Positions 1 to 10,520 of a stretch of 64,000 bases of DNA are shown here, piece after piece. The notes below the pieces were generated by a model, which made no database searches, was not told the origin of the DNA, and saw only the letters and a list, made by a program, of their open reading frames with translations. The stretch is from positions 123,020 through 187,019 of the forward strand of contig CAVYRA010000001.1 of assembly GCA_963770745.1 (NCBI GenBank). Reading direction: 5' to 3'. The DNA comes from an uncultured Rikenellaceae bacterium. GTDB taxonomy: Bacteria > Bacteroidota > Bacteroidia > Bacteroidales > VadinHA17. A program made the position numbers and the translations under genes. How positions within the stretch are numbered: position 1 is the first letter of the stretch; every line of letters starts with the position of its first letter.

Positions 1-1446
1 TTCAATGACCGCATCGACATAACCGCGTGAGGCAGCCACATAAGGGTTGGCAAACTTTTCCTTGTACTCCTCCACCTTCTGGCGGCGCACCTCATCGGGA
101 TTGGCTGCAGTGGTTATCTCCTTGCGGAATATGATGTTTGCGGCACCTTCCGGCCCCATGACTGCGATCTCCGCCGTAGGCCACGCAAACACGAAGTCGG
201 CACGCAGGTGACGCGAGCTCATTGCAATGTATCCCCCTCCGTAAGCCTTGCGCAGTATAACCGTCAGCTTTGGGACGGTTGCTTCGCTGTAGGCATACAG
301 CACCTTGGCGCCGTGCCGTATCACCCCGGCATGCTCCTGGTCAATGCCGGGCAGGTAACCGGGCAGGTCGACGAAGGTGATTAGCGGAATGGAGAAGGCG
401 TCACAGTAACGGATGAACCTGGCCGCCTTGTCTGACGAGTCAACATCAAGCACACCGGCCATCACCAGGGGCTGGTTGGCAACAAAACCTACTGTCCTGC
501 CGCCCACGCGCCCGAAGCCGATGACCATGTTGGCGGCATACAGCTCCTGTATCTCGAAGAAATCGGAGTTGTCGGCCACCGCCCTTATGACCTCCCTGAC
601 ATCGTAAGGCAGGGTGGCGTCACCCGGGACTATCCTGTCAATATCATAGCTGCTGTCCGGTGGCAGCGTCTCAATGACCTTTGCCCTCACCTCATTGTTC
701 TTCGGTATGAAAGAGATCAGCCTCTTGATCTGGCTGAAGCACTCTTCCTCTGACAGGGCAAAGAAATGAGCATTGCCGGAGACCTCACAGTGCACACGCG
801 CACCGCCAAGCGCCTCCATGGAGATCTCCTCACCGAGTACGGTCTTTATGACCTCAGGACCGGTGATGAACATCTTGGATATATTCTCAACCACAAAGAC
901 AAAGTCAGTCAGGGCCGGGGAATATACTGCTCCGCCGGCACAAGGTCCGAGAATGACTGATATCTGCGGTATCACACCGCTTGAGATGGTGTTACGAAAG
1001 AAAATCTCACCATAACCGGCAAGCGAATTTACACCCTCCTGTATTCGTGCACCTCCCGAGTCATTGATACCGATAAGGGGAATCCTCATCTTCAGGGCAT
1101 GATCCATTATCTTGGTGATTTTGCGCGAGTGCATCAATCCAAGCGAACCGCCGGCTACGGTAAAATCCTGAGCGAAGATGGCAACCGGGTTGCCGTGAAC
1201 CGTTCCGGTGCCTATCACCACCCCGTCACTGGGCAGGTGCTTCTTGTCCATCCCGAAATCACGCGCGTCATGCTCAACGAACATATCATACTCATTGAAC
1301 GAGCTGTCATCTAGGATAGCCATGATACGCTCACGGGCAGTGTTCTTGCCCATGGCCTTCTGTTTCCCGATAGCCTCCTCACCGCCGCCGAGAAGCATCT
1401 TCTCACGTTTCTCCTTCAGTTCCCTTATCTTTCTCTCAAGTGCCAT
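1..1446 (-). CDS. Acyl-CoA carboxylase carboxyltransferase (propionyl-CoA carboxylase beta / methylmalonyl-CoA carboxyltransferase family), 3' end runs off the window
   Basis: Not in the ORF track because it has no stop in the window. ATG at 1446 reads MALERKIRELKEKREKMLLGGGEEAIGKQKAMGKNTARERI, with motifs AQDFTVAGGSLG, DSGGARIQEG, GPCAGGAVYSPA, VDLPGYLPG and RKAYGG. Confidence 0.92.
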   Translation of the reverse strand, partial: MALERKIRELKEKREKMLLGGGEEAIGKQKAMGKNTARERIMAILDDSSFNEYDMFVEHDARDFGMDKKHLPSDGVVIGTGTVHGNPVAIFAQDFTVAGGSLGLMHSRKITKIMDHALKMRIPLIGINDSGGARIQEGVNSLAGYGEIFFRNTISSGVIPQISVILGPCAGGAVYSPALTDFVFVVENISKMFITGPEVIKTVLGEEISMEALGGARVHCEVSGNAHFFALSEEECFSQIKRLISFIPKNNEVRAKVIETLPPDSSYDIDRIVPGDATLPYDVREVIRAVADNSDFFEIQELYAANMVIGFGRVGGRTVGFVANQPLVMAGVLDVDSSDKAARFIRYCDAFSIPLITFVDLPGYLPGIDQEHAGVIRHGAKVLYAYSEATVPKLTVILRKAYGGGYIAMSSRHLRADFVFAWPTAEIAVMGPEGAANIIFRKEITTAANPDEVRRQKVEEYKEKFANPYVAASRGYVDAVIE

Positions 1447-1539
1447 AATTTAACCTCTTATACCTGTAAAAACACATCTTCAAAAAAGCAGCGCAATATA
1501 GACAAATTTTTATTTGTGCACATTCCCAATGAGAGTGTG

Positions 1540-2679
1540 CTATTTGGGTGCATTCCAGTAAACACCCATGGCAATGAATGAGTATATTATATTTGGGATC
1601 CACATTGCCAGGGCGGGGTTCAGGTCTCCCTTGAGTGAGAACTGAGAGGCAAACTGCATGAAAAGGATATATGAGAAGGTAAGGACCAGCCCCAGACCGA
1701 TCTGCATCCCTATCCCTCCCTTTATCTTGCGCGAAGAGAGGGAGACCCCGATGAGTGTCAGGATGAAAAAGGCAAAAGGTGATGCATAGCGCCTGTGCTT
1801 CTCATTGAGATAGAGCTTGATCTCGTCTGAGCCCTGCGACTTCAGCACATCTATGTAATTATGGAGCTCGCCGTAAGTCATAGTAAATACAAACTCCGGT
1901 GACCGCGTAAAATCGTTAGGCCCCACATTCAGCACGGTATCTATCCTCCTCCCCGAAGAGAGTCTCTCGCCAAGGCTGTCGGTCTCCCTGATGTAGTACC
2001 ACCATGCTCCCCACTTGTTGGTGGTGCTGTCCCACCGGATCATGTTCGCTGTCATCTTAGACTCGAGCCTTCCCTGGTCGTCAAACTTCTCCATGCTGAA
2101 ATTGCGTCCGCTCTGCGAGATCTTGTTGTACTGCTCCATGTAGATATAGACGTTGGGATAGACCTGCCGGTGAACGGATGAGACATTCATCTTTCTGAAG
2201 TCGGAGCTGCGGTAGTACTTCTCTTCAAAGTCAAGCCTGGCGATGTTCGAGTGGGGCAGGACGTAGTTCTGCAGCATGAAGGCGGCCAGTGCGATGAAAG
2301 CGGCCGAAATAAAATAGGGAACCATCAGCCTCCTGAAGCTCATCCCGCTGTTGAGCATGGCTATGATCTCGGTGTTGACCGCCATCCGTGAAGTAAAAAA
2401 GATCACCGAGATGAAAACGAACATCGGGGCAAAGAGAGTCGCAAAATAGGGAATGAAGTTCAGGTAGTAGTCGAAAATTATCGCTTTCAGGGGAGCCTGT
2501 TTCTGAATGAAGTCATCGATCTTCTCGGAGAAGTCAAAGATCACTGCAATACCCAGTATGAGCACCAGTGAGAAGACAAATGTGCCAAGGAACTGTCTGA
2601 TGATATACCAGTCCAGTATTCCCGGGGCAAGTTTCCTCAGGCTCTCTCTGAAATTCTTCGAACTGTCTCTTCCTTCCAT
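1540..2679 (-). CDS. LptF/LptG (YjgP/YjgQ) family LPS export permease
   Basis: ILDWYIIRQFL N-terminus, EIIAMLNSGMSFRRL motif, 3+3 TM layout. Start uncertain because it overlaps tgt by 43 nt. Confidence 0.88.
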   Translation of the reverse strand: MEGRDSSKNFRESLRKLAPGILDWYIIRQFLGTFVFSLVLILGIAVIFDFSEKIDDFIQKQAPLKAIIFDYYLNFIPYFATLFAPMFVFISVIFFTSRMAVNTEIIAMLNSGMSFRRLMVPYFISAAFIALAAFMLQNYVLPHSNIARLDFEEKYYRSSDFRKMNVSSVHRQVYPNVYIYMEQYNKISQSGRNFSMEKFDDQGRLESKMTANMIRWDSTTNKWGAWWYYIRETDSLGERLSSGRRIDTVLNVGPNDFTRSPEFVFTMTYGELHNYIDVLKSQGSDEIKLYLNEKHRRYASPFAFFILTLIGVSLSSRKIKGGIGMQIGLGLVLTFSYILFMQFASQFSLKGDLNPALAMWIPNIIYSFIAMGVYWNAPK

Positions 2680-3767
2680 GATCCGAATGTACCGTCAAGT
2701 ATTCTCTCTCTTGCCTCCCTCACCAGGCTGAGGTAAAATGAGAGGTTATGTATTGTTGCAATCTGTGCCCCGAGCATCTCTCCCGATATTACCAGGTGGC
2801 GCAGGTAAGCTTTTGAGTAGGTGCGGCTGATGGATGAATCTGATCCGGCATCAACCGGTGAGAAGTCTTTTGCCCAGCGCTGGTTCCTTATGTTTATCAC
2901 CCCCTCGCGAGTGAACAGCATGCCGTTGCGGCCGTTGCGGCTGGGCATCACGCAGTCGAACATGTCAACACCGCGGGCGATGGCTTCAAGGATGTTGGCA
3001 GGAGTACCCACACCCATAAGGTAGCGAGGCTTGTCGGCGGGCAGTATCTCATTTACCACCTCTATCATCTCATACATCACCTCAGCAGGCTCGCCCACAG
3101 AGAGGCCTCCTATTGCGTTCCCGGGCATCTCCTTTGCCGCAATATTTTCAGCCGATATGCGCCGCAGATCCTTATATATGGCTCCCTGGACTATGGGGAA
3201 CAACATCTGTTCAGCACCGTAGAGCGGCTCGCCGGCGTTCATCTGATCAACGCACCTGTCAAGCCACCGGTGGGTCAGCTCCATCGACTTAAGGGCATAA
3301 CTGTGGTCACAGGGCCAGGGGGCGCATTCATCAAACGCCATTATTATATCAGCTCCTATGACTCTCTGAATGTCAATAACCTTCTCCGGCGTAAAGAGAT
3401 GTTTTGAACCGTCGATATGTGACCTGAATATCGCACCCTCCTCCGTCAGCTTCCTGTTGGCGGCCAGTGAGAAGACCTGGTACCCGCCACTGTCGGTAAG
3501 CAGCGCCCTGTCCCATGTCATGAACCGGTGCAGGCCGCCGGCCTCCCTTATGATGTCAGTGCCGGGCCGGAGGTACAGATGATAGGTGTTGGCCAGTATC
3601 ACGGGGGCATTGATCTCCGACTTAAGATCGCGGTGAAGTACACCTTTGACCGTGGCTCCGGTGCCTACAGGCATAAAGACAGGTGTTGGGATTTCGCCGT
3701 GGGCCGTGCGCAAAACGCCCGCCCTGGCAGATGTCGATCCGTCTCTCCTCTCAATGCTGAACATCAT
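2637..3767 (-). CDS. tgt: Queuine tRNA-ribosyltransferase
   Basis: TPVFMPVGT, LTDSGGYQVFSL, PRYLMGVG and DMFDCVMPSRNGRNG motifs. Confidence 0.97.
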   Translation of the reverse strand: MMFSIERRDGSTSARAGVLRTAHGEIPTPVFMPVGTGATVKGVLHRDLKSEINAPVILANTYHLYLRPGTDIIREAGGLHRFMTWDRALLTDSGGYQVFSLAANRKLTEEGAIFRSHIDGSKHLFTPEKVIDIQRVIGADIIMAFDECAPWPCDHSYALKSMELTHRWLDRCVDQMNAGEPLYGAEQMLFPIVQGAIYKDLRRISAENIAAKEMPGNAIGGLSVGEPAEVMYEMIEVVNEILPADKPRYLMGVGTPANILEAIARGVDMFDCVMPSRNGRNGMLFTREGVINIRNQRWAKDFSPVDAGSDSSISRTYSKAYLRHLVISGEMLGAQIATIHNLSFYLSLVREARERILDGTFGSWKEETVRRISERA

Positions 3768-3905
3768 TTCCCGCTGGTGGTCACAAAAGTAAGCTTTCTG
3801 GACCTGATTATGAACAGACGGTTATCAATTTGAGAAAACGGCGCCGTAATTGTTGAAAAGATTCTTGCAACCATTATCCAATTCTTTATAATATTGCTGC
3901 CAGCA

Positions 3906-5054
3906 ATGTTGACTTTCATGATCGTTTCCACTGAACCGACGCATATAATCCTGCTTTCTCTGCTGATAATCATGGCTTCCGTCCAGGGTTGGTATTGGCT
4001 CGGGTATTATCGCAGGGCTGCATTTGCAAAGGCTGATGAAAAAAAGCCCGCCCCGAAGCTTCCACCCCTCTCTGTGGTAATATGCGCACGCAATGAGGCG
4101 GAGAACCTCGCAAGGTTCCTTCCGGCGGTCATGGAGCAGGACTACCCTTCCTACGAGGTTGTGGTGGTGAACGACTGTTCGGAAGACAACACCTATGATG
4201 TCCTGGGGGAGATGATGAATCGTTACCCTCATCTCAGGGTATCAATAATCCAGAGAGATCCCGGCTTCACCCACACAAAGAAGCTCGCAATGCTTATCGG
4301 CATCAAGGCCGCGAAGAACGAGCTGCTGGTCTTCACTGACGCCGACTGCCGTCCGGCATCACCCAACTGGCTGCGTGAGGTTGCTGCGGCAGCCCGACCG
4401 GAAACTGATATAGTAATCGGCTACGGAGGATACATTGCTGAGGAGGGCCTCCTCAACAGCTATATCCGTTATGAAACGATGTTCACCGGAATGCAGTACT
4501 TCGGTATGGCACTGGCAGGCAAACCCTATATGGGAGTGGGACGGAACCTGGCGTACAGAAAAAGCTTCTTCTTCGACAGGGGAGGATTCGGACCCCATAA
4601 CCATATCATGTCAGGCGATGACGACCTGTTTGTCAACCGGAACGCCACAGGCGACAACTGCAGCCTGATGCTGTCACCTGATTCCTTTACGTTGTCAGCA
4701 GCACAGAAGAGTCAGGGAGCATGGATCAAACAGAAGAGAAGACACTTCTCGGCAGCCACCTATTATAAGATGGATGACAAGATAAGGCTCTTCTTCGAGC
4801 CCTTCAGCAGGGTCTCATATTACGGACTGCTCTTAACCCTCCTGATAATGCTCGTATCATGGCCCGTAGTGCTTTTCATTGCAATGGCACGACTTGTCAT
4901 GAGGGCGGTTGTAATCCGCAAGGCTGCCGCAACATTCAAAGAACCCCGGTTGTGGGTTATTTCGCTCTTTTTTGATATCTTGGCACCGTTTGTAACGGCT
5001 TTCCTTTTCGTCACAACAATCAGAAGAGGCAAGGGCAGAGAGACATGGAAGTAG
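3906..5054 (+). CDS. Glycosyltransferase family 2 (membrane)
   Basis: SVVICARNE, VNDCSED, FTDADC, SGDDDLF and QKRRH (QxxRW-like) motifs, with C-terminal TM helices. Confidence 0.9.
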   Translation: MLTFMIVSTEPTHIILLSLLIIMASVQGWYWLGYYRRAAFAKADEKKPAPKLPPLSVVICARNEAENLARFLPAVMEQDYPSYEVVVVNDCSEDNTYDVLGEMMNRYPHLRVSIIQRDPGFTHTKKLAMLIGIKAAKNELLVFTDADCRPASPNWLREVAAAARPETDIVIGYGGYIAEEGLLNSYIRYETMFTGMQYFGMALAGKPYMGVGRNLAYRKSFFFDRGGFGPHNHIMSGDDDLFVNRNATGDNCSLMLSPDSFTLSAAQKSQGAWIKQKRRHFSAATYYKMDDKIRLFFEPFSRVSYYGLLLTLLIMLVSWPVVLFIAMARLVMRAVVIRKAAATFKEPRLWVISLFFDILAPFVTAFLFVTTIRRGKGRETWK

Positions 5055-5644
5055 CAAGCGGCCTATCGGAGAAAGCGCAACATGACCTGAAAGTCATTGA
5101 CCGTGCATTGAACGGTGACAGCAGGGCATACACCGAACTGCTCAACAGGTACCGTGATTCAGTCTATTATGTAATGCTCCGGATGGTAAGCAATCCCTCC
5201 GACGCGGAGGACCTTACCATTGAAGCCTTCGGCAAGGCCTTCAACAGCCTTGCAAAGTATGTCCCCTCGCACGCTTTCAGCACATGGCTCTTCCGCATCG
5301 CCACCAATAACTGCATCGACTTTATGAGGCGCAAGAGCCAGACACCCAGGCCTTTCGACCACGATGAGGGTGAGGAGGACGAGATGGAGGCTACCGTCGC
5401 CTCTGACACGAGAGGACCCGACGAACTGATGATAGACCGGGAGACAGCAGCCTCCCTCAACAGGATAGTTAAGACGCTTAAGCCACGCTACCGCAGGCTG
5501 ATCGAACTGAGATACTTTGAGGAATATTCATATGAGGAGATAGCCAGCGAACTGAGCCTTCCCATAGGTACGGTCAAGGCGAGGCTCTTCAGGGCAAAAG
5601 TCCTTATACTGAACATGGTCCGCAGTAAAACCAGCGGCATTTGA
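5045..5644 (+). CDS. ECF sigma-70 family RNA polymerase sigma factor
   Basis: DAEDLTIEAF, FSTWLFRIATNNCID and SYEEIASELSLPIGTVKARLFRA motifs. Confidence 0.93.
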   Translation: MEVASGLSEKAQHDLKVIDRALNGDSRAYTELLNRYRDSVYYVMLRMVSNPSDAEDLTIEAFGKAFNSLAKYVPSHAFSTWLFRIATNNCIDFMRRKSQTPRPFDHDEGEEDEMEATVASDTRGPDELMIDRETAASLNRIVKTLKPRYRRLIELRYFEEYSYEEIASELSLPIGTVKARLFRAKVLILNMVRSKTSGI

Positions 5645-6264
5645 CCACCATAGCCGAAAAATACTTCCCCTCACTGACAGAGGAACAGCGCCGGCAGTTT
5701 TCGATTCTGCCATCACTGTACAGGGAGTGGAACGAAAGAATAAACGTCATCTCCCGGAAGGATATCGACCATTTTGAGGTAAATCATCTGCTTCACTCCC
5801 TGGCAATCGCACGCTTCATCTCCTTCCTCCCCGGAACAGCTGTGATAGATATCGGAACCGGAGGCGGACTGCCGGGTATACCGCTGGCAATACTCTTTCC
5901 TGAAGTGAGGTTCACCCTGATCGATTCAATCGCAAAAAAAATAAGGGTCGTCAGCGAAATAACCGCCGCCGCGGGCATAGGCAATGTCCTGGCACGCGCA
6001 GTCAGGTCGGAAAATACTACCGGCTCATATGATTTTATCATAGGCAGGGCTGTGACGGAGACGGAGCAGTTCGTGAAACTGACCAGGCATCTCTCCTCCC
6101 CCCGCTCATTCAATAACATTAAGAACGGCTGGATCTTCCTCAAGGGTGGTGACCTCGAAAGTGAACTGCGGCTTTTTCACTCTTCCGCCGCCGTTGTACC
6201 GATAAGCAGCTGGTTTGACGAACCTTACTTCGAGACCAAAAAAGTCGTCTACCTTCCCAGGTGA
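5641..6264 (+). CDS. rsmG: 16S rRNA (guanine(527)-N7)-methyltransferase
   Basis: WNERINVISR, HLLHSL and DIGTGGGLPGIPLAI motifs. TTG start overlaps the upstream TGA (TTGA). Confidence 0.95.
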   Translation: MTTIAEKYFPSLTEEQRRQFSILPSLYREWNERINVISRKDIDHFEVNHLLHSLAIARFISFLPGTAVIDIGTGGGLPGIPLAILFPEVRFTLIDSIAKKIRVVSEITAAAGIGNVLARAVRSENTTGSYDFIIGRAVTETEQFVKLTRHLSSPRSFNNIKNGWIFLKGGDLESELRLFHSSAAVVPISSWFDEPYFETKKVVYLPR

Positions 6265-6308
6265 AATAAAAAAAATGCGCCTCTCCTTTTCTTATTTCAA
6301 AAAATCAC

Positions 6309-6316
6309 TACCTTTG
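6309..6316 (+). promoter_or_regulatory. Bacteroidota sigma-A -7 box (TACCTTTG) for rpmH
   Basis: Matches the TAnnTTTG consensus, about 45 nt upstream of the rpmH ATG in an AT-rich gap. Confidence 0.7.
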
Positions 6317-6360
6317 CAGTCTTTAAAACCGGAAAGTAAACAACAAAATTATAGGAACAG

Positions 6361-6519
6361 ATGAAAAGGACATTTCAGCCATCAAGAAAGAGGAGGACAA
6401 ACACTCACGGCTTCAGGGAGAGAATGTCAACACCAAATGGCAGGCGCGTTCTCGCTGCCCGCAGGGCAAAGGGAAGGAAGAAGCTGACCGTCTCTGACGA
6501 GATGGGCCACAAGGACTGA
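6361..6519 (+). CDS. rpmH: 50S ribosomal protein L34
   Basis: Missed by the ORF track (52 aa). Reads [52 protein letters not shown]. Confidence 0.97.
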   Translation: MKRTFQPSRKRRTNTHGFRERMSTPNGRRVLAARRAKGRKKLTVSDEMGHKD

Positions 6520-6540
6520 AAGGCTGACAGAGAATAAACA

Positions 6541-6577
6541 GGCCGTCTTAATGAACAATTAAGGCGGTTTTTTATTT
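6541..6577 (+). terminator. Intrinsic terminator after rpmH
   Basis: Hairpin GCCGTCTTAAT-GAACA-ATTAAGGCGGT followed by TTTTTATTT. Confidence 0.8.
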
Positions 6578-6596
6578 CTACTGTGTCACTGTCATG

Positions 6597-6604
6597 TAAA
6601 TTTG
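6597..6604 (+). promoter_or_regulatory. -7 box (TAAATTTG) for mqnE
   Basis: TAnnTTTG about 15 nt before the ATG at 6620. Confidence 0.55.
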
Positions 6605-6619
6605 TAAATATTTCGCGAA

Positions 6620-7729
6620 ATGAAAGATCTGATCCTGAAGAATGCCGGACCGGAAATCAGGGAGATAGCTGAGGCAATCCTTGACGGCAGACGGATTACT
6701 CCGGACGAAGCGCTGATACTCTACCGCAGGGCTGATCTCTCACTAATGGCCCTGCTGGCAACCGGAGCCAAGAGAGCAAAGAGCGGCGACGCCGTCTTCT
6801 TCAACCGCAATTTTCACATTGAGCCTACGAACATATGCGTCTACAACTGCCGCTTCTGCTCATATCACAAGCCTGAGGGCGACCCCGACAGCTGGGAGCT
6901 GTCGGAGAGCGAGATACTCGATATCGTCAGGCGCTTTGACGGTATTCCGGTCACCGAAGTGCATATCACCGGCGGCGTGCACCCGTCGCGTGACATTCAC
7001 TACTACGGAAACATCCTCGCCTCAATACGGAGGATGAGGCCCGACATAAGCATCAAGGCCTTCTCAGCCGTTGAGCTCGACTATATGATACGGAAGGCGG
7101 GAATGACATACAGTGACGGACTGAAGGTTTTGCGCGATTATGGCCTTGACTCCATCCCCGGCGGCGGTGCGGAGATCTTCGATGAGTCGCTCCGTCGAAA
7201 GATATGCCGCGAGAAGGCTGATGCCGCCACTTACCTCGCCATCCATGAGGCAGCCCATAACCTGGGAATATCATCAAACGCAACCATGCTCTACGGACAC
7301 GCCGAGAGCCCTGAACAACGCATAGACCACCTGCTCAGGCTGAGAGAGCTGCAGGACCGCACAGGAGGATTCAATGCATTCATCCCGCTCAAGTTTAAAA
7401 GAGCCAACAACCGGATGAGCGAGCTTGCAGAGGTGCCGGTGACGGAAGACATGCGCAACTATGCACTCTCGCGCCTCTTCCTCGATAACTTCAGCCACAT
7501 AAAAGCCTACTGGCCAGCCATCGGCAGGAACGCGGCACTGATGAGCCTTGCCTTCGGGGCCGATGACCTCGATGGCACCATCGATGACACCACCCGGATC
7601 TATTCCATGGCAGGTGCCGAGGACCTTAACCCGGGCCTCTCAACAACCGAGCTGGTAGCCATGATACGGTCAGCAGGCTTCAGACCGGTGGAACGCGACA
7701 CAAACTACCGCACAGTTAAGGAGTGGTAA
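6620..7729 (+). CDS. mqnE: CofH/MqnC/MqnE-family radical SAM enzyme, most like aminofutalosine synthase MqnE
   Basis: TNICVYNCRFC (CxxxCxxC), TEVHITGG, IPGGGAEIF, NATMLYGH, HIKAYW and FGADDLDGT motifs. Confidence 0.8.
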   Translation: MKDLILKNAGPEIREIAEAILDGRRITPDEALILYRRADLSLMALLATGAKRAKSGDAVFFNRNFHIEPTNICVYNCRFCSYHKPEGDPDSWELSESEILDIVRRFDGIPVTEVHITGGVHPSRDIHYYGNILASIRRMRPDISIKAFSAVELDYMIRKAGMTYSDGLKVLRDYGLDSIPGGGAEIFDESLRRKICREKADAATYLAIHEAAHNLGISSNATMLYGHAESPEQRIDHLLRLRELQDRTGGFNAFIPLKFKRANNRMSELAEVPVTEDMRNYALSRLFLDNFSHIKAYWPAIGRNAALMSLAFGADDLDGTIDDTTRIYSMAGAEDLNPGLSTTELVAMIRSAGFRPVERDTNYRTVKEW

Positions 7730-7755
7730 TAACCCGCACTCTCACAATATAATTT

Positions 7756-7763
7756 TATCTTTG
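7756..7763 (+). promoter_or_regulatory. -7 box (TATCTTTG) for the PASTA/T9SS/RluA operon
   Basis: TAnnTTTG about 35 nt upstream of the ATG at 7798. Confidence 0.55.
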
Positions 7764-7797
7764 ACCCAGCGTTAATAATCTAATACTTCGTCACACG

Positions 7798-8655
7798 ATG
7801 AGCGTCAAGGAATTTTTTAAAAGCCGGGTCTTCTGGAAGCAGCTGGCTCTGGCATTGGTCATCGGCGTTGCCATTATCCTCATCCTGATCATCTGGCTTA
7901 ACATCTACACCCGGCACGGTCAGTCGAGACCCACACCCGAGATAAGAGGTCTGACCATAAGCGAGGCACGGCATGTAGTCAATAAAAACCGGATGAAACT
8001 GCAGATCATTGACTCTGTATACACCGCCTTCGTCCCCCGCGGTTGTATTGCGGAACAGACTCCCCTGCCGGGCCACCGTGTTAAGAAAGGACGTACAATA
8101 CAGGCTACAATAAACGCGTTCAACCCCGAGATGGTCGCCGTGCCTGACCTCGTGGGACTGCCACGCCGCCAGGCCTTGTCACTCATCGAAACGGCAGGCC
8201 TGCAGATAGGACAGCTGAACTATGTGTCAGATCTGACCGTCGACTTCGTTCTAAGACAGACACTTCACGGCCGTGATGTCTCCCCGGGCGATTCAGTCCA
8301 GAAGGGGATGGTCATAGACCTCGTCCTCGGCAGGGGACTGAGCAGCCAGCGCACCCCTCTGCCACGACTCACAGGTACAACACTCGATCAGGCCAGAAAT
8401 GAGATCCTCGGGTCATCACTCAACCTCGGAGCTTATGTCTTTGATGCCACGGTGCTGACGGCGGAAGACTCAATTAATGCTTTCGTCTACAAACAGAATC
8501 CCGAGTACCATCCTGATGCTTCAGTGCAGCTCGGGTCAGCGGTCTATATATGGCTTACAACCGACACCCTAAGGATATTGCCTGGCACCACCGAAATTGA
8601 CACCCTTAACCCCGAAGGCGACACTGTCCCCGGGGGAACAGATTTAGCACTCTGA
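7798..8655 (+). CDS. PASTA domain-containing membrane protein
   Basis: N-terminal TM, YTRHG, and three PASTA-like repeats (PEIRGLT, PDLVGLP, PRLTGTT). Confidence 0.85.
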   Translation: MSVKEFFKSRVFWKQLALALVIGVAIILILIIWLNIYTRHGQSRPTPEIRGLTISEARHVVNKNRMKLQIIDSVYTAFVPRGCIAEQTPLPGHRVKKGRTIQATINAFNPEMVAVPDLVGLPRRQALSLIETAGLQIGQLNYVSDLTVDFVLRQTLHGRDVSPGDSVQKGMVIDLVLGRGLSSQRTPLPRLTGTTLDQARNEILGSSLNLGAYVFDATVLTAEDSINAFVYKQNPEYHPDASVQLGSAVYIWLTTDTLRILPGTTEIDTLNPEGDTVPGGTDLAL

Positions 8656-8657
8656 GA

Positions 8658-10508
8658 ATGAGGCATAAATGGTTCATATATATTTTGATTACAACGCTGA
8701 CATCCATTCATGCCTCAGCCCAGGAGGTTATTACCGGTCTTTCACATAATATTCAACTGGCCGGTGCCACAGCCGGGCCAAGGCTTAAGGGAACTGCTGC
8801 AGAAGAACCGGTACAGCTCCCCTTCAGAGATGACTTCTCCGCAGACAGCCTCTTCCCCTCTGCTGACAGGTGGAGCGACATACTTGCATTCATCAACAAC
8901 ACTTTTTCGGTCAGGCAGCCGTCACAGGGTGTGGCCACCCTTGACTGCCTCGATGAGCGGGGACTGCTCTATGAGGGGGCTTCGCAGTCTGTCTTTGCCG
9001 CTGACCGCCTCACCTCACGGGCCATCAACCTGGAATACCCGCCCTCTGACAGCATATGGCTCAGTTTCATGTATGAGGCCGGTGGCATTGCTGACATGCC
9101 TGAGAGCGATGACAGCCTGACACTCAGCTTCTGGGCTCCACTGGAAGAGAGATGGTACAGCATATGGCGCTCCGCCGGCGGCCCTACTGACGGATTCCGT
9201 CACGTTATGATACCCGTAAAAGATAGCAGGTACCTGGCTAACGGGTTCAGATTCATGTTTATGAACTATGCCTCCCTGGCCGGAGCACTCACTGAGCCAT
9301 CACAGGCAGGCAACGCCGACCAGTGGAATATTGACCATCTGTTCCTCAATAAAGGACGAAGATATAATGACACGGTCCTCCATGATGTCGCCCTGACTCT
9401 TCCTCAGAGATCACTGCTGAAGGAATATGAGGCAATGCCCTGGCGACACTTCAGACAGGCATACCTCTCTGCAATGAGCCCCACGGCAGCCATCAATTAC
9501 CGTAATAATGACACAATCGTAAGAAATGTCACACGACAGGTCTCCATTAAAAACACTGTCACCGGCGTTGTGGTGCGCGACTTCAATGCCGGGGCAACCA
9601 ACGTCAGCCCCCGGTCTGATGTGAGGTATGATGCACCGCTTCTTTATACCTATGAATCCGCCGGTTCCGACTCGGCTCTTTTCGAGGTCACAGTCTCACT
9701 GATCACAGACGACTTTGACCCGAAAAAGAATGACACCATCAGGTTCAAGCAGCGTTTCACCGACTATTTTGCCATCGACGACGGCACAGCTGAGGCCGGG
9801 TATGGCATCAATGGTCAGGGCTCGCGCAATGCCATGGCGGCACTGCGGTTCAGATCGTTCATCCCGGACTCTGTCACTGCCATCAACATCTGCTTCAATG
9901 ATGCCTATAATAACCAGAACCAGAGGGGCTTTGAAATCATGGTATGGGCCGATGACAACGGTCAGCCAGGCGTGCTTCTCGGCAGTACTAACGGTCCGGT
10001 AGTGGATCCGGGCACAGACCTGAACGGGTTCATAAAATATCTCTTTAACAAGCCCGTCAGGGTTTCAGAATACTTCTGGGTAGGCTGGAAGCAGCAGGCA
10101 GAGGTCTTCATCAACGCCGGTCTCGACCTGAACACCCCTCCCGCCGGAAGACAGTATTTCATGCTCAGCGGAAACTGGCAGGCCAGCCAGGCGCCCGGGA
10201 CAATCATGATGCGCCCGGTGATGAAAGGATCCGGCACGCCTACATCATCAGAGGGAGGAACGCTGGTTAACAACCTCTTCAGACTCTTCCCCAACCCCTC
10301 ATCAGGTGCGGTGACACTGGTGCCATCCGACGGAGCCCCTGACGATTTTATCATTGACGTTGTCTCATCATCAGGAGCTCTGGTCTTGTCACTTGACCGC
10401 ACCGACCGTCCTGACCTGCGCAGGCTCGCGCCGGGAAATTACATGCTGTTGATCAGGACCCGTGACGGAAGGCCGATCTCCCTCCTGAGGGTAATAATAG
10501 TTAAATGA
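8658..10508 (+). CDS. Secreted protein with T9SS type A C-terminal sorting domain
   Basis: Signal peptide ending ASAQ, LPFRDDFS motif, and C-terminal LFPNPSSG...LAPGNYML...VIIVK. Confidence 0.8.
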   Translation: MRHKWFIYILITTLTSIHASAQEVITGLSHNIQLAGATAGPRLKGTAAEEPVQLPFRDDFSADSLFPSADRWSDILAFINNTFSVRQPSQGVATLDCLDERGLLYEGASQSVFAADRLTSRAINLEYPPSDSIWLSFMYEAGGIADMPESDDSLTLSFWAPLEERWYSIWRSAGGPTDGFRHVMIPVKDSRYLANGFRFMFMNYASLAGALTEPSQAGNADQWNIDHLFLNKGRRYNDTVLHDVALTLPQRSLLKEYEAMPWRHFRQAYLSAMSPTAAINYRNNDTIVRNVTRQVSIKNTVTGVVVRDFNAGATNVSPRSDVRYDAPLLYTYESAGSDSALFEVTVSLITDDFDPKKNDTIRFKQRFTDYFAIDDGTAEAGYGINGQGSRNAMAALRFRSFIPDSVTAINICFNDAYNNQNQRGFEIMVWADDNGQPGVLLGSTNGPVVDPGTDLNGFIKYLFNKPVRVSEYFWVGWKQQAEVFINAGLDLNTPPAGRQYFMLSGNWQASQAPGTIMMRPVMKGSGTPTSSEGGTLVNNLFRLFPNPSSGAVTLVPSDGAPDDFIIDVVSSSGALVLSLDRTDRPDLRRLAPGNYMLLIRTRDGRPISLLRVIIVK

Positions 10509-10520
10509 CAGAAAATCAAA

